The notes: generated from the letters alone by a model not told the origin. Shown: positions 27,801-36,508, numbered from the stretch's first letter. The stretch: DNA of 64,000 nucleotides from a virus (IMGVR_UViG_3300030419_006726:90916-154915), one strand, 5' to 3'. A program made the numbers and translations.

Positions 27801-29415
27801 CGCAGCAGTAACGTTTGAGCAAGCCGCCTCTTTTGACGGCAATATGACACTGGGGCTTTCTAATGCTGATGTGGTTACCGTTCCGGCACAATTAACTGCC
27901 TCTGAGGGCATTCTTGTTAAAGATGATAGATTTTTATACTTTGGTGATGGCCAAGATGTTTCATTCGAATATGATGAAGACGGCAATGATACATTAATTA
28001 TTTCTGGTAATCCGGTATTAATATCCAGTCAACTAACAGCTTCTGCTGGTATAGCTATCACCGGCTCTTTCCATATCGGCGCCAGCCTTGTGAACGCCGG
28101 CGGCGACACTGATAAGTTCCTATGTGTTGATCCGGATGGAGAAGTAAGATTCAGAACTGGAGCGGAAGTTGCCTCTGACATTGGCGCGCTAGCGGCGGAT
28201 GCAAATATCACTTTTTCTGGCAAAGTGACGGCTTCGAATGGCTTGGTTGTAGCTACATCAGATGATGGATTGATGATGGCCGATGGCATACCAATCAATA
28301 TTGGCGCTAGTGGTGATCTGACAATTTATCACGATGGTACAGATTCAACAATACTAAACAGCACTGGTGATCTTAAAATACGTTCAACAGTCAACTCAGC
28401 AGATGCGATCTTCATTGAGGTTGACGGCGGAACATCTGAAACAATTATGATCCACTCCGATCAAGGTACAGCAGCTGCAGCTGCAACAGAGACCGACGCA
28501 TCTATTCAGCTACATTCGGATGTTGGCGGAATTGGCCTCCACTCCGGACTAAACGGAGACAACGCTATCAGGATCGAAGCCAATGGTGGCGCCAACGAGA
28601 CTATTGTAATTCACGCAAATCAAGGTACTGGAGAGGATCACGCAAACTCTTCAATCCTATTGCTTTCTGATGTCGGGGGTATTGGACTTACGGCGACTGG
28701 CTTAACTGGTGTTATGACAGATGGCAATTCGGATGCAGCAGTTCAATTGACCGCTCTTGCTGGTGGTATTGGTTTGCGTACCACTTCAAATCTAGCCGGC
28801 GCAATTCAGATCGAGGCTGACGGCGGCACGTCTGAGACAATTATTATTAAATCAGATCAGGGTACTGGTAAATGGGTAAAGGGTACAAACAACTCGTCAA
28901 TTCAAATATTGTCAGACGTTGGAGGTGTTAGTATTGACACTCCAGCCTTAAATCATGTGCACTCTTTTAGCACTGATGCGCTAACAAATGCTTTTGGCGC
29001 CGATGGCGACACATGCGGAACAATTATTAAATATTCCCCAGGGGCCGACGATACTTTAACTGTTGGACAGCTATACTTTTTCCACACTGATGGAACTTGG
29101 AATCAGTGTGACGCTGATGCGGTTGCAACCGGTGGGTCGCAATTACTAGGAATCGGCCTAGGAAATGCGCGCACAGTTGGCGTACTAATTAAAGGATTTG
29201 TCAGAATTCCAAGCACTGAAATCTTAAATGTTCCTGGCTCAAATGCTAGCCCTGGCTTGCCAGTTTATATGTCCACCACTGCTGGCCACCTTGACTTTAC
29301 CGCTCCAAGCGGAAATGGTGATATTGTTCGAATCGTCGGATATGCAATTCAAGACGATACAGATGTTTTGATCTACTTTGATCCAGACCCAACTTATGTT
29401 GAGGTTAGTGCGTAG
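24820..29415 (+). CDS. 1531-aa repeat fibre/decoration protein
   Basis: Six FRTGAEVASDI modules and many EYDEDG modules; C-terminal GLPVYMSTTAGHLDFTAPSGNGDIVRIVGYA resembles a capsid-fibre/cement attachment domain. Confidence 0.72.
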   Translation: MALIGEITGSGGLTASGSVFISGSLQLSQETGDPTILENMGGAIYIKEDTDGADQFYFRNSAGTVTQLGSAGAATDNTWTGVNTFDGEITASSGLLFADDKKLYFGTDKDWSIEYDEDGDDDLVMTGDKLSIESSTAGRPRVTIKNTTNDANSATLRFVKDKGAAGAADDNVGVIEFYGDDANQDQVLFGRIRTRVAVHTNGQEGGKMHLSVASHDGELNHGLVITDGNAEDEVDVTVGNGSASRTTIAGDMTITTIANPGSDVDKFLVSNSGVVGFRTGAEVASDIGATSTTATNNFTGDVTASQGLTIPDDTLLRFGNASGGDATIEYDEDGTDELRFAGAAVTFEQATSFDANVTLGNAASDVTTVTGQLTASSGIAITGSIHIGASLTNAGGDTDKFLCVDPDGELRFRTGAEVASDIDAVAADANITFTGKLTASNGLLISNLENPGSDVDKFLVSNSGLIQFRTGAEVASDIGATSTTATNNFTGDMTASQGLAIPDDTLLRFGNASGGDATIEYDEDGTDELRFAGAAVTFEQAASFDANVTLGNAATDVTTVTGQLTASNGVAITGSIHIGASLTNAGADTDKFLCVDPDGELRFRTGAEVASDIDATATTATNNFTGDVTASQGLTIPDDTLLRFGNASGGDATIEYDENGTDELRFAGAAVTFEQAVSFDGNVTLGLSNADAVTVPAQLTASEGLLIKDDRKLYFGDGQDWSIEYDEDGDDDLKMTGTTLTVASDTVTFTSEASTDPLVIIKNYTNDENGARLRFVKDKGAAGAANDVAGVIEFYADDASQDQVLFSEIKSQVAVHTNGQEGGKLSLSVASHDGESQPGLVITDGSAEDEVDVTVGNGSASRTTISGDMTITTIANPGSDVDKFLVSNSGVVGFRTGAEVASDIGATSTTATNNFTGDLTASQGLSIPDDTLLRFGNASGGDATFEYDEDGTDTLLYAGASLRISDDVKLEFGSGGDATIEYDENGTDELRFAGAAVTFEQAASFDGNMTLGLSNADVVTVPAQLTASEGILVKDDRFLYFGDGQDVSFEYDEDGNDTLIISGNPVLISSQLTASAGIAITGSFHIGASLVNAGGDTDKFLCVDPDGEVRFRTGAEVASDIGALAADANITFSGKVTASNGLVVATSDDGLMMADGIPINIGASGDLTIYHDGTDSTILNSTGDLKIRSTVNSADAIFIEVDGGTSETIMIHSDQGTAAAAATETDASIQLHSDVGGIGLHSGLNGDNAIRIEANGGANETIVIHANQGTGEDHANSSILLLSDVGGIGLTATGLTGVMTDGNSDAAVQLTALAGGIGLRTTSNLAGAIQIEADGGTSETIIIKSDQGTGKWVKGTNNSSIQILSDVGGVSIDTPALNHVHSFSTDALTNAFGADGDTCGTIIKYSPGADDTLTVGQLYFFHTDGTWNQCDADAVATGGSQLLGIGLGNARTVGVLIKGFVRIPSTEILNVPGSNASPGLPVYMSTTAGHLDFTAPSGNGDIVRIVGYAIQDDTDVLIYFDPDPTYVEVSA

Positions 29416-30620
29416 TGGCAGTTGGCAAGGTAAATGATGTAGCTGGCGCTAGCATTGGTAAAGTACAAGGTGTGGCCGCGGCCAGTATTGGTAAGTTAAG
29501 CGATGTTGCAGCATCGCTGGGCGAAGAGGAACAATATACTCGTCTTGCGATGGTTGTTGGAGAAAGCGCTGAGGTATATTGGACTACATCATCAACAATT
29601 AACTCTATGGAGGATTGGACGCTTCTCGATCTCGGCTCTGGTGGCTATGATTCTGTTAAGTGGGGCCATGACTCTGACGGCAACGAGGTTTGGATTATTG
29701 CTCGCGATAGTGCCTCAGATCCCATGTATATTGCGGTGTCTGATGGATCCACTAACTGGGTACCTTCGGCTAGTGCTAACTGGGTAAGCGTGCGTCCGGA
29801 CGGCGGCAGACAGTTGGACGGCAAAGGTCACAGAGTATCTTACGGTAATACCGGCAGCGACGATCAGGCAACATGGATGCTTGCGTCGGTTGGCGAGAGC
29901 GAATACGCATACTATGTCTCAGGCAGCATTACGGATCCATCCAACTGGGAAGTTGTCTTCAGAGGCTTTGATGGATCCAGCCAAGAAGGCTCTTTCCGCC
30001 CTATGCTCTGGAACAGAGAGGAGGATGATGAAAAATCCACATTCCTTATTGGTGTCAACAATCCCGGAGAGTTGTGGGCCAGTGCTAACGGTACGGGCTC
30101 AGGAGACAACAATGATTGGATGGAAGTTGACGGTGGATTCTCAGGCAATTCCAAGAACAAAGGCGCCGCCGCCTATTCACAGGGCAAGTGGGTTGTCCTG
30201 GGCCAGCAGAGCGCCGAACATCATAGAATAGGAGAAGGCTTTCCCCCGACAACGTGGGCAGACTTAAATGAACCCGCTGCCAACAGGCAAATGCTATCAA
30301 TTGCAACCGATATGACCGGCACAATGATAGCCGTTGGAAAGAATAGTTATGTTTGGAGAAGCTTTGATAATGGGGACAATTGGGAGGAGATCCGTGTGAC
30401 AGGCTCAAATGCCGGCGTGTACAGAACATGGAGAGGTATTGCGTATGACAATAACATGCTTAATGAAGATGGTGGTGGCACTTGGTTGGTTGCAGGCTCT
30501 GGTGGTGATTTTATGGTAAGCACCGACAACGGTGAAAATTGGCACCCATTCTCAATCTCAGATTCCACAAATAGACAGTATAATGCGGTTGCCTTCAACT
30601 GCACGGGCGCATACCAGTAG
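29415..30620 (+). CDS. BNR/Asp-box beta-propeller protein, possible receptor-binding tip
   Basis: SFDNGDNW and STDNGENW Asp boxes; N-terminal IGKVxGVAAAS repeats. Confidence 0.65.
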   Translation: MAVGKVNDVAGASIGKVQGVAAASIGKLSDVAASLGEEEQYTRLAMVVGESAEVYWTTSSTINSMEDWTLLDLGSGGYDSVKWGHDSDGNEVWIIARDSASDPMYIAVSDGSTNWVPSASANWVSVRPDGGRQLDGKGHRVSYGNTGSDDQATWMLASVGESEYAYYVSGSITDPSNWEVVFRGFDGSSQEGSFRPMLWNREEDDEKSTFLIGVNNPGELWASANGTGSGDNNDWMEVDGGFSGNSKNKGAAAYSQGKWVVLGQQSAEHHRIGEGFPPTTWADLNEPAANRQMLSIATDMTGTMIAVGKNSYVWRSFDNGDNWEEIRVTGSNAGVYRTWRGIAYDNNMLNEDGGGTWLVAGSGGDFMVSTDNGENWHPFSISDSTNRQYNAVAFNCTGAYQ

Positions 30621-30657
30621 CGTTCGAACATTTAATTGGATTTTTAAGATAGTACGC

Positions 30658-30665
30658 ACTATTTA
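30658..30665 (+). promoter_or_regulatory. Putative late promoter ACTATTTA of the scaffold-capsid operon
   Basis: Intergenic motif upstream of the AGGAG RBS. Confidence 0.65.
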
Positions 30666-30700
30666 TTTGTGACAAATTTTATTATCCTAGGAGATTTTTT

Positions 30701-31825
30701 ATGTCTTCAATGTTAGAACAAGCAATCATTGATGCGACAGCTTTGAAAGAAGCCGCAATTAAAAACGCCGAGGCGGCTATTATTGAAAAATATGCCCCTG
30801 AAGTTAAGAAGGCAGTAGCCACACTATTAGAACAAGAAGAAGAACTTGATCTGGGCGCCGACCCTGCAGGTATGGGCCTTGATACCGGCCCGGTAGCTAT
30901 GGAAACTTCCGTCGATCTACCGCCAGCTGCCGGTGACGGCGAAAGTGTCTGCCCCTGCCCAGAAGAGGGCGAAGCAGAGGAAATAGAGGTTGATATCGAT
31001 CAATTGCGAAAAATGGCACTGCAAGAGCCTGAAGGCGGACTTGAAGATCTCGGAGCGCTAGCTGGCGAACCATTCCCAGGAGAAGACGAATTGGCATTGC
31101 AAGAGGAAGTTGATATTGATGAAGATTTCTTAACAGCTCTCTTAAGAGAAGCCAAGAAAAAGTCGAAACCCGATGGAGATGGTGACGGTGTTCCGCCATG
31201 GGCTGACAAGGACGACGATGATCCAGAGGTCCAAGAAGAAGAAATTGAAATCAATGAAGAAAACATTTCTGATATTATTGAAGAATTAGTTGTTGATATG
31301 GAGCCGCAAAAGACTGGCTGGCTTGGAACAGGCCTACCAGAACTTGAGCATGCCGCCGAAATGGAAATGGCCCGCCGCCAATCAACAGAACACGAAGAAG
31401 AAAAAGCTGAGTATGAAAAGTCTATCAAAGAACTTGAAGAGCAGAATACAGCTTTAAAAGAATACACTTTTAAATTAAAAGAAGCGCTTACTCGTTTGAC
31501 AGGCAATCTCGATGAGTTGAATCTGTCAAATGCGCGTTTACTATATACGAACCGAACGTTAAGTAGCATCTCCTTGAATGAGAGACAAAAAAATAAAATT
31601 GTCCAAGCTATTTCAAATGCCGGTTCTGTCGAAGAGGCGAAAACAATATATGAGACCCTTCAGAGCACAGTGGGATCCACTCCGTCAAGGAGAACTCCAC
31701 AATCACTGAGCGAAGCAGTATCACGTCCCTCGACCGGTCCAATATTAACCAATAGAAGGCCAACAAACCAAAATCAAGACAATTCTTTCACCAAAAGGAT
31801 GAAAGAGTTGGCAGGCATTAAATAA
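30701..31825 (+). CDS. Prohead scaffold/core protein (T4 gp22-like)
   Basis: Acidic coiled coil immediately before the MCP; LNLSNARLLYTN..LNERQK; many LxE/IxE sites; ends RMKELAGIK. Confidence 0.8.
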   Translation: MSSMLEQAIIDATALKEAAIKNAEAAIIEKYAPEVKKAVATLLEQEEELDLGADPAGMGLDTGPVAMETSVDLPPAAGDGESVCPCPEEGEAEEIEVDIDQLRKMALQEPEGGLEDLGALAGEPFPGEDELALQEEVDIDEDFLTALLREAKKKSKPDGDGDGVPPWADKDDDDPEVQEEEIEINEENISDIIEELVVDMEPQKTGWLGTGLPELEHAAEMEMARRQSTEHEEEKAEYEKSIKELEEQNTALKEYTFKLKEALTRLTGNLDELNLSNARLLYTNRTLSSISLNERQKNKIVQAISNAGSVEEAKTIYETLQSTVGSTPSRRTPQSLSEAVSRPSTGPILTNRRPTNQNQDNSFTKRMKELAGIK

Positions 31826-31840
31826 GGAGATAAAATTAAC

Positions 31841-33697
31841 ATGTCTATTTTACAAAAATTAACCGAAGGCATCGTTCAACGTGATCTCAAGAAAGAAGGT
31901 TCCGCACTACTATCAAAGTGGGAGCGTACCGGTCTTCTTGAGGGAATGGGCGACGATCGCGCTAAGGGTGGCATGGCTCGCTTGCTTGAGAATCAGGCAA
32001 AAGAGCTACTTAGGGAGGCCACAACAATGGCAGCTGGTGACGTTGAAGGTTTCGCCGCAGTTGCATTCCCTATCGTCCGTCGTGTATTCGGTGGACTTAT
32101 CGCTAACGATCTTGTTAGCGTTCAACCAATGAGCTTACCTTCTGGTCTGATCTTTTTCCTCGACTTCAAGCTCAATGATGGAAGTCGTCTAAGCACCTCC
32201 GGTTCTTCACAGTCCGTTTATGGTGGTGGCGCTGTCGCTAGCCAGATCACTGGTGGTGTTGACTTGTCCGGTGATGAGGCTGAAAACAGCTTCTACGGAC
32301 TGAACCAGGGATATGCTTCCCCAACCGGTTCCGCACTTATGACCTTGACAGTTGTTGCTTCCGGTATTGTCGGTTCTAATACCGGTGACGATGTTGATAA
32401 CAGCGTTACAGCTGCTTCCATTGGCGCTAGCACCGTCAACACTTCACTAAGCAAGCTTGTTCGCTATGACCCCGATCTTTCCGGATCTTCGGTCGTTGTT
32501 GCAACCGCCCCTGGTGACAGTGAGTTGGCACAGCTTAATCGCAACAACCTTATTTCTTTGGTTATTGCAGATGATACCGATAACAATGACGATTCTACTG
32601 GTACCGATGGTCTAAGCTCTAACAAGGGTAGACAAGTTCGTCGTTTGACAACCATGGTTGGTCGTACAGCCGCATCTGCTCAACGTTCGGTGCACAACTT
32701 GGACGTTGATTCTTCATCAGAAACATCTTACGTGCTTGTTTTCCAAGGTACAGCTTCTGTTGGTAGTGACGCTGAAGTTGCTAACCTTAAGACAGAGTTG
32801 GGTACCGGCGCTGGCGCAGAGTATTCATTCTCTTTCCCAATTGATGATAAATTCCAAGCTGGTGGGGCCATTGGTTCTGTCGTTGGTAGCACAACCTGGG
32901 GACTTGAAGGTGAAGAGAACATTCCTGAGATCGACTTGAAGGTCGATAGCATTGCAGTCACAGCGAAGACCAAGAAGCTCAAGGCCAAGTGGACTCCAGA
33001 GTTAGGACAAGATCTTAACGCTTACCACAACCTTGATGCCGAGGTCGAGCTTACCAGCATCCTCTCTGAGCAGATTGCTCTTGAGATCGATCGCGAAATC
33101 CTCAACGATCTAGTTCGTGGCGCTACTGCTGCTACTTACTACTGGGCAAGAATGCCTGGAATGTTTGTTGAGCGCGAGACGGGTGCAGAAATTGGTGCAG
33201 CTACTAAGGCTCCCGATTTCACCGGTACAGTCAGCGAGTGGTATGAGACTCTTGTTGAGACAATCAACGATGTGTCCGCTCAGATCCACCGTAAGACACT
33301 TCGCGGAGGCGCTAACTACATCGTTACTTCTCCCGAGGTTGCTAACATTCTCGAATTCACAGCTGGATTCCGCGCAAGCGTAACCGCTGATGCAGACAGA
33401 GGAACAGTTGGCGCTGTCAAGACTGGTGCTCTTAGCAAGAAATGGGATGTGTACGTCGATCCTTACTTCCCACGGAACGTTGTTCTCGTCGGACGTAAAG
33501 GTGGAAGCTTCCTTGAAAGCGGCTACGTGTACGCTCCATATGTGCCACTACAGGTGACACCCACTATCTTTGGACCAGAAGACTTCGTGCCCCGTAAGGG
33601 CGTGATGACTCGTTATGCCAAGAAGATGGTTCGTCCCGATATGTACGGTCTAGTTATCGTGCGTGGTATGCTTGGTGAGTCCGGACTAGAAAGCTAA
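31841..33697 (+). CDS. Major capsid protein (T4 gp23-like)
   Basis: PIVRRVF..VQPMSLPSGLIF, KLKAKWTPELGQDL.AYH.LDAE.EL..ILSEQI.LEIDREI, YAPYVPL and GVMTRYA motifs. Confidence 0.96.
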   Translation: MSILQKLTEGIVQRDLKKEGSALLSKWERTGLLEGMGDDRAKGGMARLLENQAKELLREATTMAAGDVEGFAAVAFPIVRRVFGGLIANDLVSVQPMSLPSGLIFFLDFKLNDGSRLSTSGSSQSVYGGGAVASQITGGVDLSGDEAENSFYGLNQGYASPTGSALMTLTVVASGIVGSNTGDDVDNSVTAASIGASTVNTSLSKLVRYDPDLSGSSVVVATAPGDSELAQLNRNNLISLVIADDTDNNDDSTGTDGLSSNKGRQVRRLTTMVGRTAASAQRSVHNLDVDSSSETSYVLVFQGTASVGSDAEVANLKTELGTGAGAEYSFSFPIDDKFQAGGAIGSVVGSTTWGLEGEENIPEIDLKVDSIAVTAKTKKLKAKWTPELGQDLNAYHNLDAEVELTSILSEQIALEIDREILNDLVRGATAATYYWARMPGMFVERETGAEIGAATKAPDFTGTVSEWYETLVETINDVSAQIHRKTLRGGANYIVTSPEVANILEFTAGFRASVTADADRGTVGAVKTGALSKKWDVYVDPYFPRNVVLVGRKGGSFLESGYVYAPYVPLQVTPTIFGPEDFVPRKGVMTRYAKKMVRPDMYGLVIVRGMLGESGLES

Positions 33698-33720
33698 AAT
33701 CTAGTTTAGCAAAAATGTTT

Positions 33721-33756
33721 AAAGCTCTCGTCATTTGGCGGGAGCTTTATTCGTTT
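33721..33756 (+). terminator. Hairpin terminator after the MCP gene
   Basis: AAAGCTCTCGTC-ATTT-GGCGGGAGCTTT followed by a T-rich tail. Confidence 0.65.
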
Positions 33757-33834
33757 GCATACTATTTAAGACTGACAGACGTGTCGGAGATGCGTTTGTC
33801 GTGCTATAATTTTCAATTAAGGAGGGAAATAAAT

Positions 33835-34404
33835 ATGGCTATTCAACCAAATAAATTAAGGTTACAAAAACTATTAGAAGGCTTAAACAGGGAAATCGCC
33901 TTGAACGGTACAACGCTCAAGGGCCACCGCGCTAAAGTTTCAACAATTACAGCTGATCAGAGTATGACATTGGCGGATTCTGGCGGATTCTTTCTGCTTG
34001 ATGCAGCCGATGAAACAGCGGCTGTTACCATCACTCTTCCAACATTGGTTAGTGAGTACATCGGTGTTACATATACTTTTGCCGTAAAAGATCCATCTGA
34101 TTTGGGGTTTCTTATTACCACCGGCGATGTAACGGACACTACAGGTGATATGTACATTGGATATGCAATGCTTGGCGCTGATCAGGTCGGCAGCACTTCA
34201 AATGGTGCTGGTGGTCGCATGTTGGCTCCTGCTGCAAATGACTCTGTTATTCATCTTGATGGCAATCTTGCTAATTCTGGTGGCGAAGCCGGATCAACCG
34301 TTAAGTTAACGGCTGTTTCTGCAACGGAATGGTATGTTGAAGCACTCATCCTCACAGATGATGCCGATGCTACTGGTGCCGCACTCTTCCAGAATGGTTC
34401 GTAA
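33835..34404 (+). CDS. Virion structural (head decoration-like) protein
   Basis: ATG 33835 after AAGGAGG; DSGGFFLLDAA..AVTITLPT..G.TYTF module common in fibre/decoration proteins; ACTATTTA at 33761-33768. Confidence 0.6.
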   Translation: MAIQPNKLRLQKLLEGLNREIALNGTTLKGHRAKVSTITADQSMTLADSGGFFLLDAADETAAVTITLPTLVSEYIGVTYTFAVKDPSDLGFLITTGDVTDTTGDMYIGYAMLGADQVGSTSNGAGGRMLAPAANDSVIHLDGNLANSGGEAGSTVKLTAVSATEWYVEALILTDDADATGAALFQNGS

Positions 34405-34432
34405 ACTTTAATTTGCTTTAAAATTTTATTTT

Positions 34433-34465
34433 GCCCCGCCTTCACATGAAGGTGGGGTTTTTTTT
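34433..34465 (+). terminator. Rho-independent terminator
   Basis: GCCCCGCCTTC-ACAT-GAAGGTGGGGT followed by a T run. Confidence 0.85.
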
Positions 34466-34505
34466 AATATGCAAAACTAATTATAGTTACAACATTGGAG
34501 AGCCC

Positions 34506-35192
34506 ATGGCAAAAATAAAAGGCAAGATGATCAAGCCTTTTGGTCCCGTAATTGGTAAATTCTCAATCCCACAACACATTCTTGATGATTTGAACGATAC
34601 ATGTGATTTAATATCTGAAGATGAAAAAGTAAGTGAAGCTTTAGATCATTCAAAAAGACTAGTAGGAAAAGTCAGACAAGAATTGGCAATTCCAAACGAG
34701 GTTTTGACATTACATGTTGGATATTTCAACAATGTAGTTACCACGTATCTAAAAGAATTGAACAAGCAGCCCGCCGTAATTGAAAATGCACACAGTAATG
34801 GATTAAATATTTTAAAACCCGGAGCGAAGATTGATACTCATATTAAATCGGCTTGGTTTGTTAGGTCTTTCGCCGGCGATTACAATCCTGTTCACATGCA
34901 CCCGGATGCTGTAATATCATGCGCAGGATTTTTAAAAGTTCCAGACTGGGAAGAGGAGCAAGAGCTAGACAAAAAAGATCATTATGGACTAACACATGGC
35001 TGCTTGTCGTTTTTGTTTGGCGACCTTTCAGCATTATCTTCAGCAACTTATGTTGTCCGTCCCAAAGTGGGAGATCTATATTTATTTCCAGGCTGGTTGC
35101 AACATACGGTATATCCATTTCGGTCTAAAGGTGAGAGGAGATCGTTTTCTCTGAATATCATTCCTCAAATTAGTAATAATAGCGTGGGTTGA
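34506..35192 (+). CDS. 2OG-Fe(II) oxygenase (TIGR02466-like)
   Basis: YNPVHMHP...GDLYLFPGWLQHTVYPF...RRSFSLN; ATG 34506 after GGAG; ACTAATTA at 34476-34483. Confidence 0.78.
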   Translation: MAKIKGKMIKPFGPVIGKFSIPQHILDDLNDTCDLISEDEKVSEALDHSKRLVGKVRQELAIPNEVLTLHVGYFNNVVTTYLKELNKQPAVIENAHSNGLNILKPGAKIDTHIKSAWFVRSFAGDYNPVHMHPDAVISCAGFLKVPDWEEEQELDKKDHYGLTHGCLSFLFGDLSALSSATYVVRPKVGDLYLFPGWLQHTVYPFRSKGERRSFSLNIIPQISNNSVG

Positions 35193-35223
35193 TACTAATT
35201 ACCAATAGCGGAGGATCGTATGC

Positions 35224-36504
35224 ATGGCAGTACCAACTTTAACACCAGCAAGTCAAATGAGCAAAGTTATTTTGCCAGTAACTGGAAATCCAGAGGATGT
35301 TTCCGGTTCGCTGGCTTTTGGCGTTTATTCTGGCGTAGAAGAATTTCTATCAGGCGCCGCAGCACAGGTAGAATATACATATAGAAAATTAGGTGGCGAG
35401 ATACTGGATATTGAATTATCTGCATCAAACGTATACGCGTCATACGAAGAGGCTTGTTTAGAATATTCGTATATAGTTAATATACATCAGTCAAAAAACA
35501 TTATGGGCGATGCTTTGGGTTCACAGACTGGCTCATTTGACCATCTCGGAAACCTTGATGAAGGCCCCGAAAACGTTAATTTAAAATATCCAAGATTTTC
35601 ATTCTCATACGCAAAACGTGTTGCTAGCGCCCTATCAGAAGAAGCCGGCGTAGGCGGAAATACAACGTTTTATTCTGCTTCATTTGCGAGAGTTGCAAAG
35701 CAACAGGACTATGATTTGCAAAGATTGATTTATACAGCATCTGTTGACAATTCTGATCCGGCAACGGACAGCGGTGTGGCTTTTGCTGGGCTTATTGACG
35801 GCGATACTGGAAATAAAAAGGTCAATATCTCAAAAGTTTACTACAAGACGCCTCAAGCAATGTGGAGGTTTTATGGATACTATGGTGGAATTGGTGTTGT
35901 CGGCAACATGAACACATATGGGCAATATTCGGATGATTCTACCTTTGAAGTAATTCCCGCTTGGCAAAATAAGATGCAAGCCATGGCCTATGAGGACAGT
36001 ATTTATACAAGAGTGTCACACTATTCATATGAGCTAAGAAACAACAGGCTGAGACTATATCCAGTCCCAGATGAATGGTCTCCAGAATATTTTTGGGTGG
36101 AATTTACGATTCCAACCGATATCTGGGACGAATCTGATGACATTGATTATGGTATTTCCGGCGTCAACAACATGAACAGTTTGCCATTTGACAACATTCC
36201 ATACAATAATATAAATTCTATAGGAAAGCAGTGGATTCGAAGATTTGCTTTGGCGCTAGCTAAAGAAACTCTCGGACAAGTAAGAAGTAAATTTGGTGCA
36301 ATACCAATACCGGGAGAGTCTGTCACGTTGAACGGCGAAGCTTTGATTACTCAAGGCAAAGAAGAGCAAGAAAAGTTGCGAACAGAGCTTAAAGAAGTTC
36401 TTGTCGAGTTGGAATACGATGAGCTTCTTAAATCTGATGTGGAGTTGGTGGAAGCTGCATCCAAGATTTTCCAAGCAACACCGTTGCCGATATTTGTGGG
36501 GTAA
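35224..36504 (+). CDS. Neck protein (T4 gp13-like)
   Basis: RKLGGEILDIEL and WIRRFALALAKETLGQVRSKF...VTLNG motifs; ACTAATTA at 35194-35201. Confidence 0.8.
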   Translation: MAVPTLTPASQMSKVILPVTGNPEDVSGSLAFGVYSGVEEFLSGAAAQVEYTYRKLGGEILDIELSASNVYASYEEACLEYSYIVNIHQSKNIMGDALGSQTGSFDHLGNLDEGPENVNLKYPRFSFSYAKRVASALSEEAGVGGNTTFYSASFARVAKQQDYDLQRLIYTASVDNSDPATDSGVAFAGLIDGDTGNKKVNISKVYYKTPQAMWRFYGYYGGIGVVGNMNTYGQYSDDSTFEVIPAWQNKMQAMAYEDSIYTRVSHYSYELRNNRLRLYPVPDEWSPEYFWVEFTIPTDIWDESDDIDYGISGVNNMNSLPFDNIPYNNINSIGKQWIRRFALALAKETLGQVRSKFGAIPIPGESVTLNGEALITQGKEEQEKLRTELKEVLVELEYDELLKSDVELVEAASKIFQATPLPIFVG

Positions 36505-36508
36505 ATAA

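Noticed and set aside
24820-29415. Diversity-generating retroelement TR/VR pair among the fibre repeats
   Set aside because: Repeat differences are synonymous and not adenine-specific, and no reverse transcriptase is present in the window.
33715-33834. Upstream starts given by the ORF track (33715; likewise 34431, 59824, 59667, 21006, 9063, 12330, 15865)
   Set aside because: These extensions cross terminators, promoters or neighbouring genes; downstream ATGs have a proper RBS or stop-start coupling.
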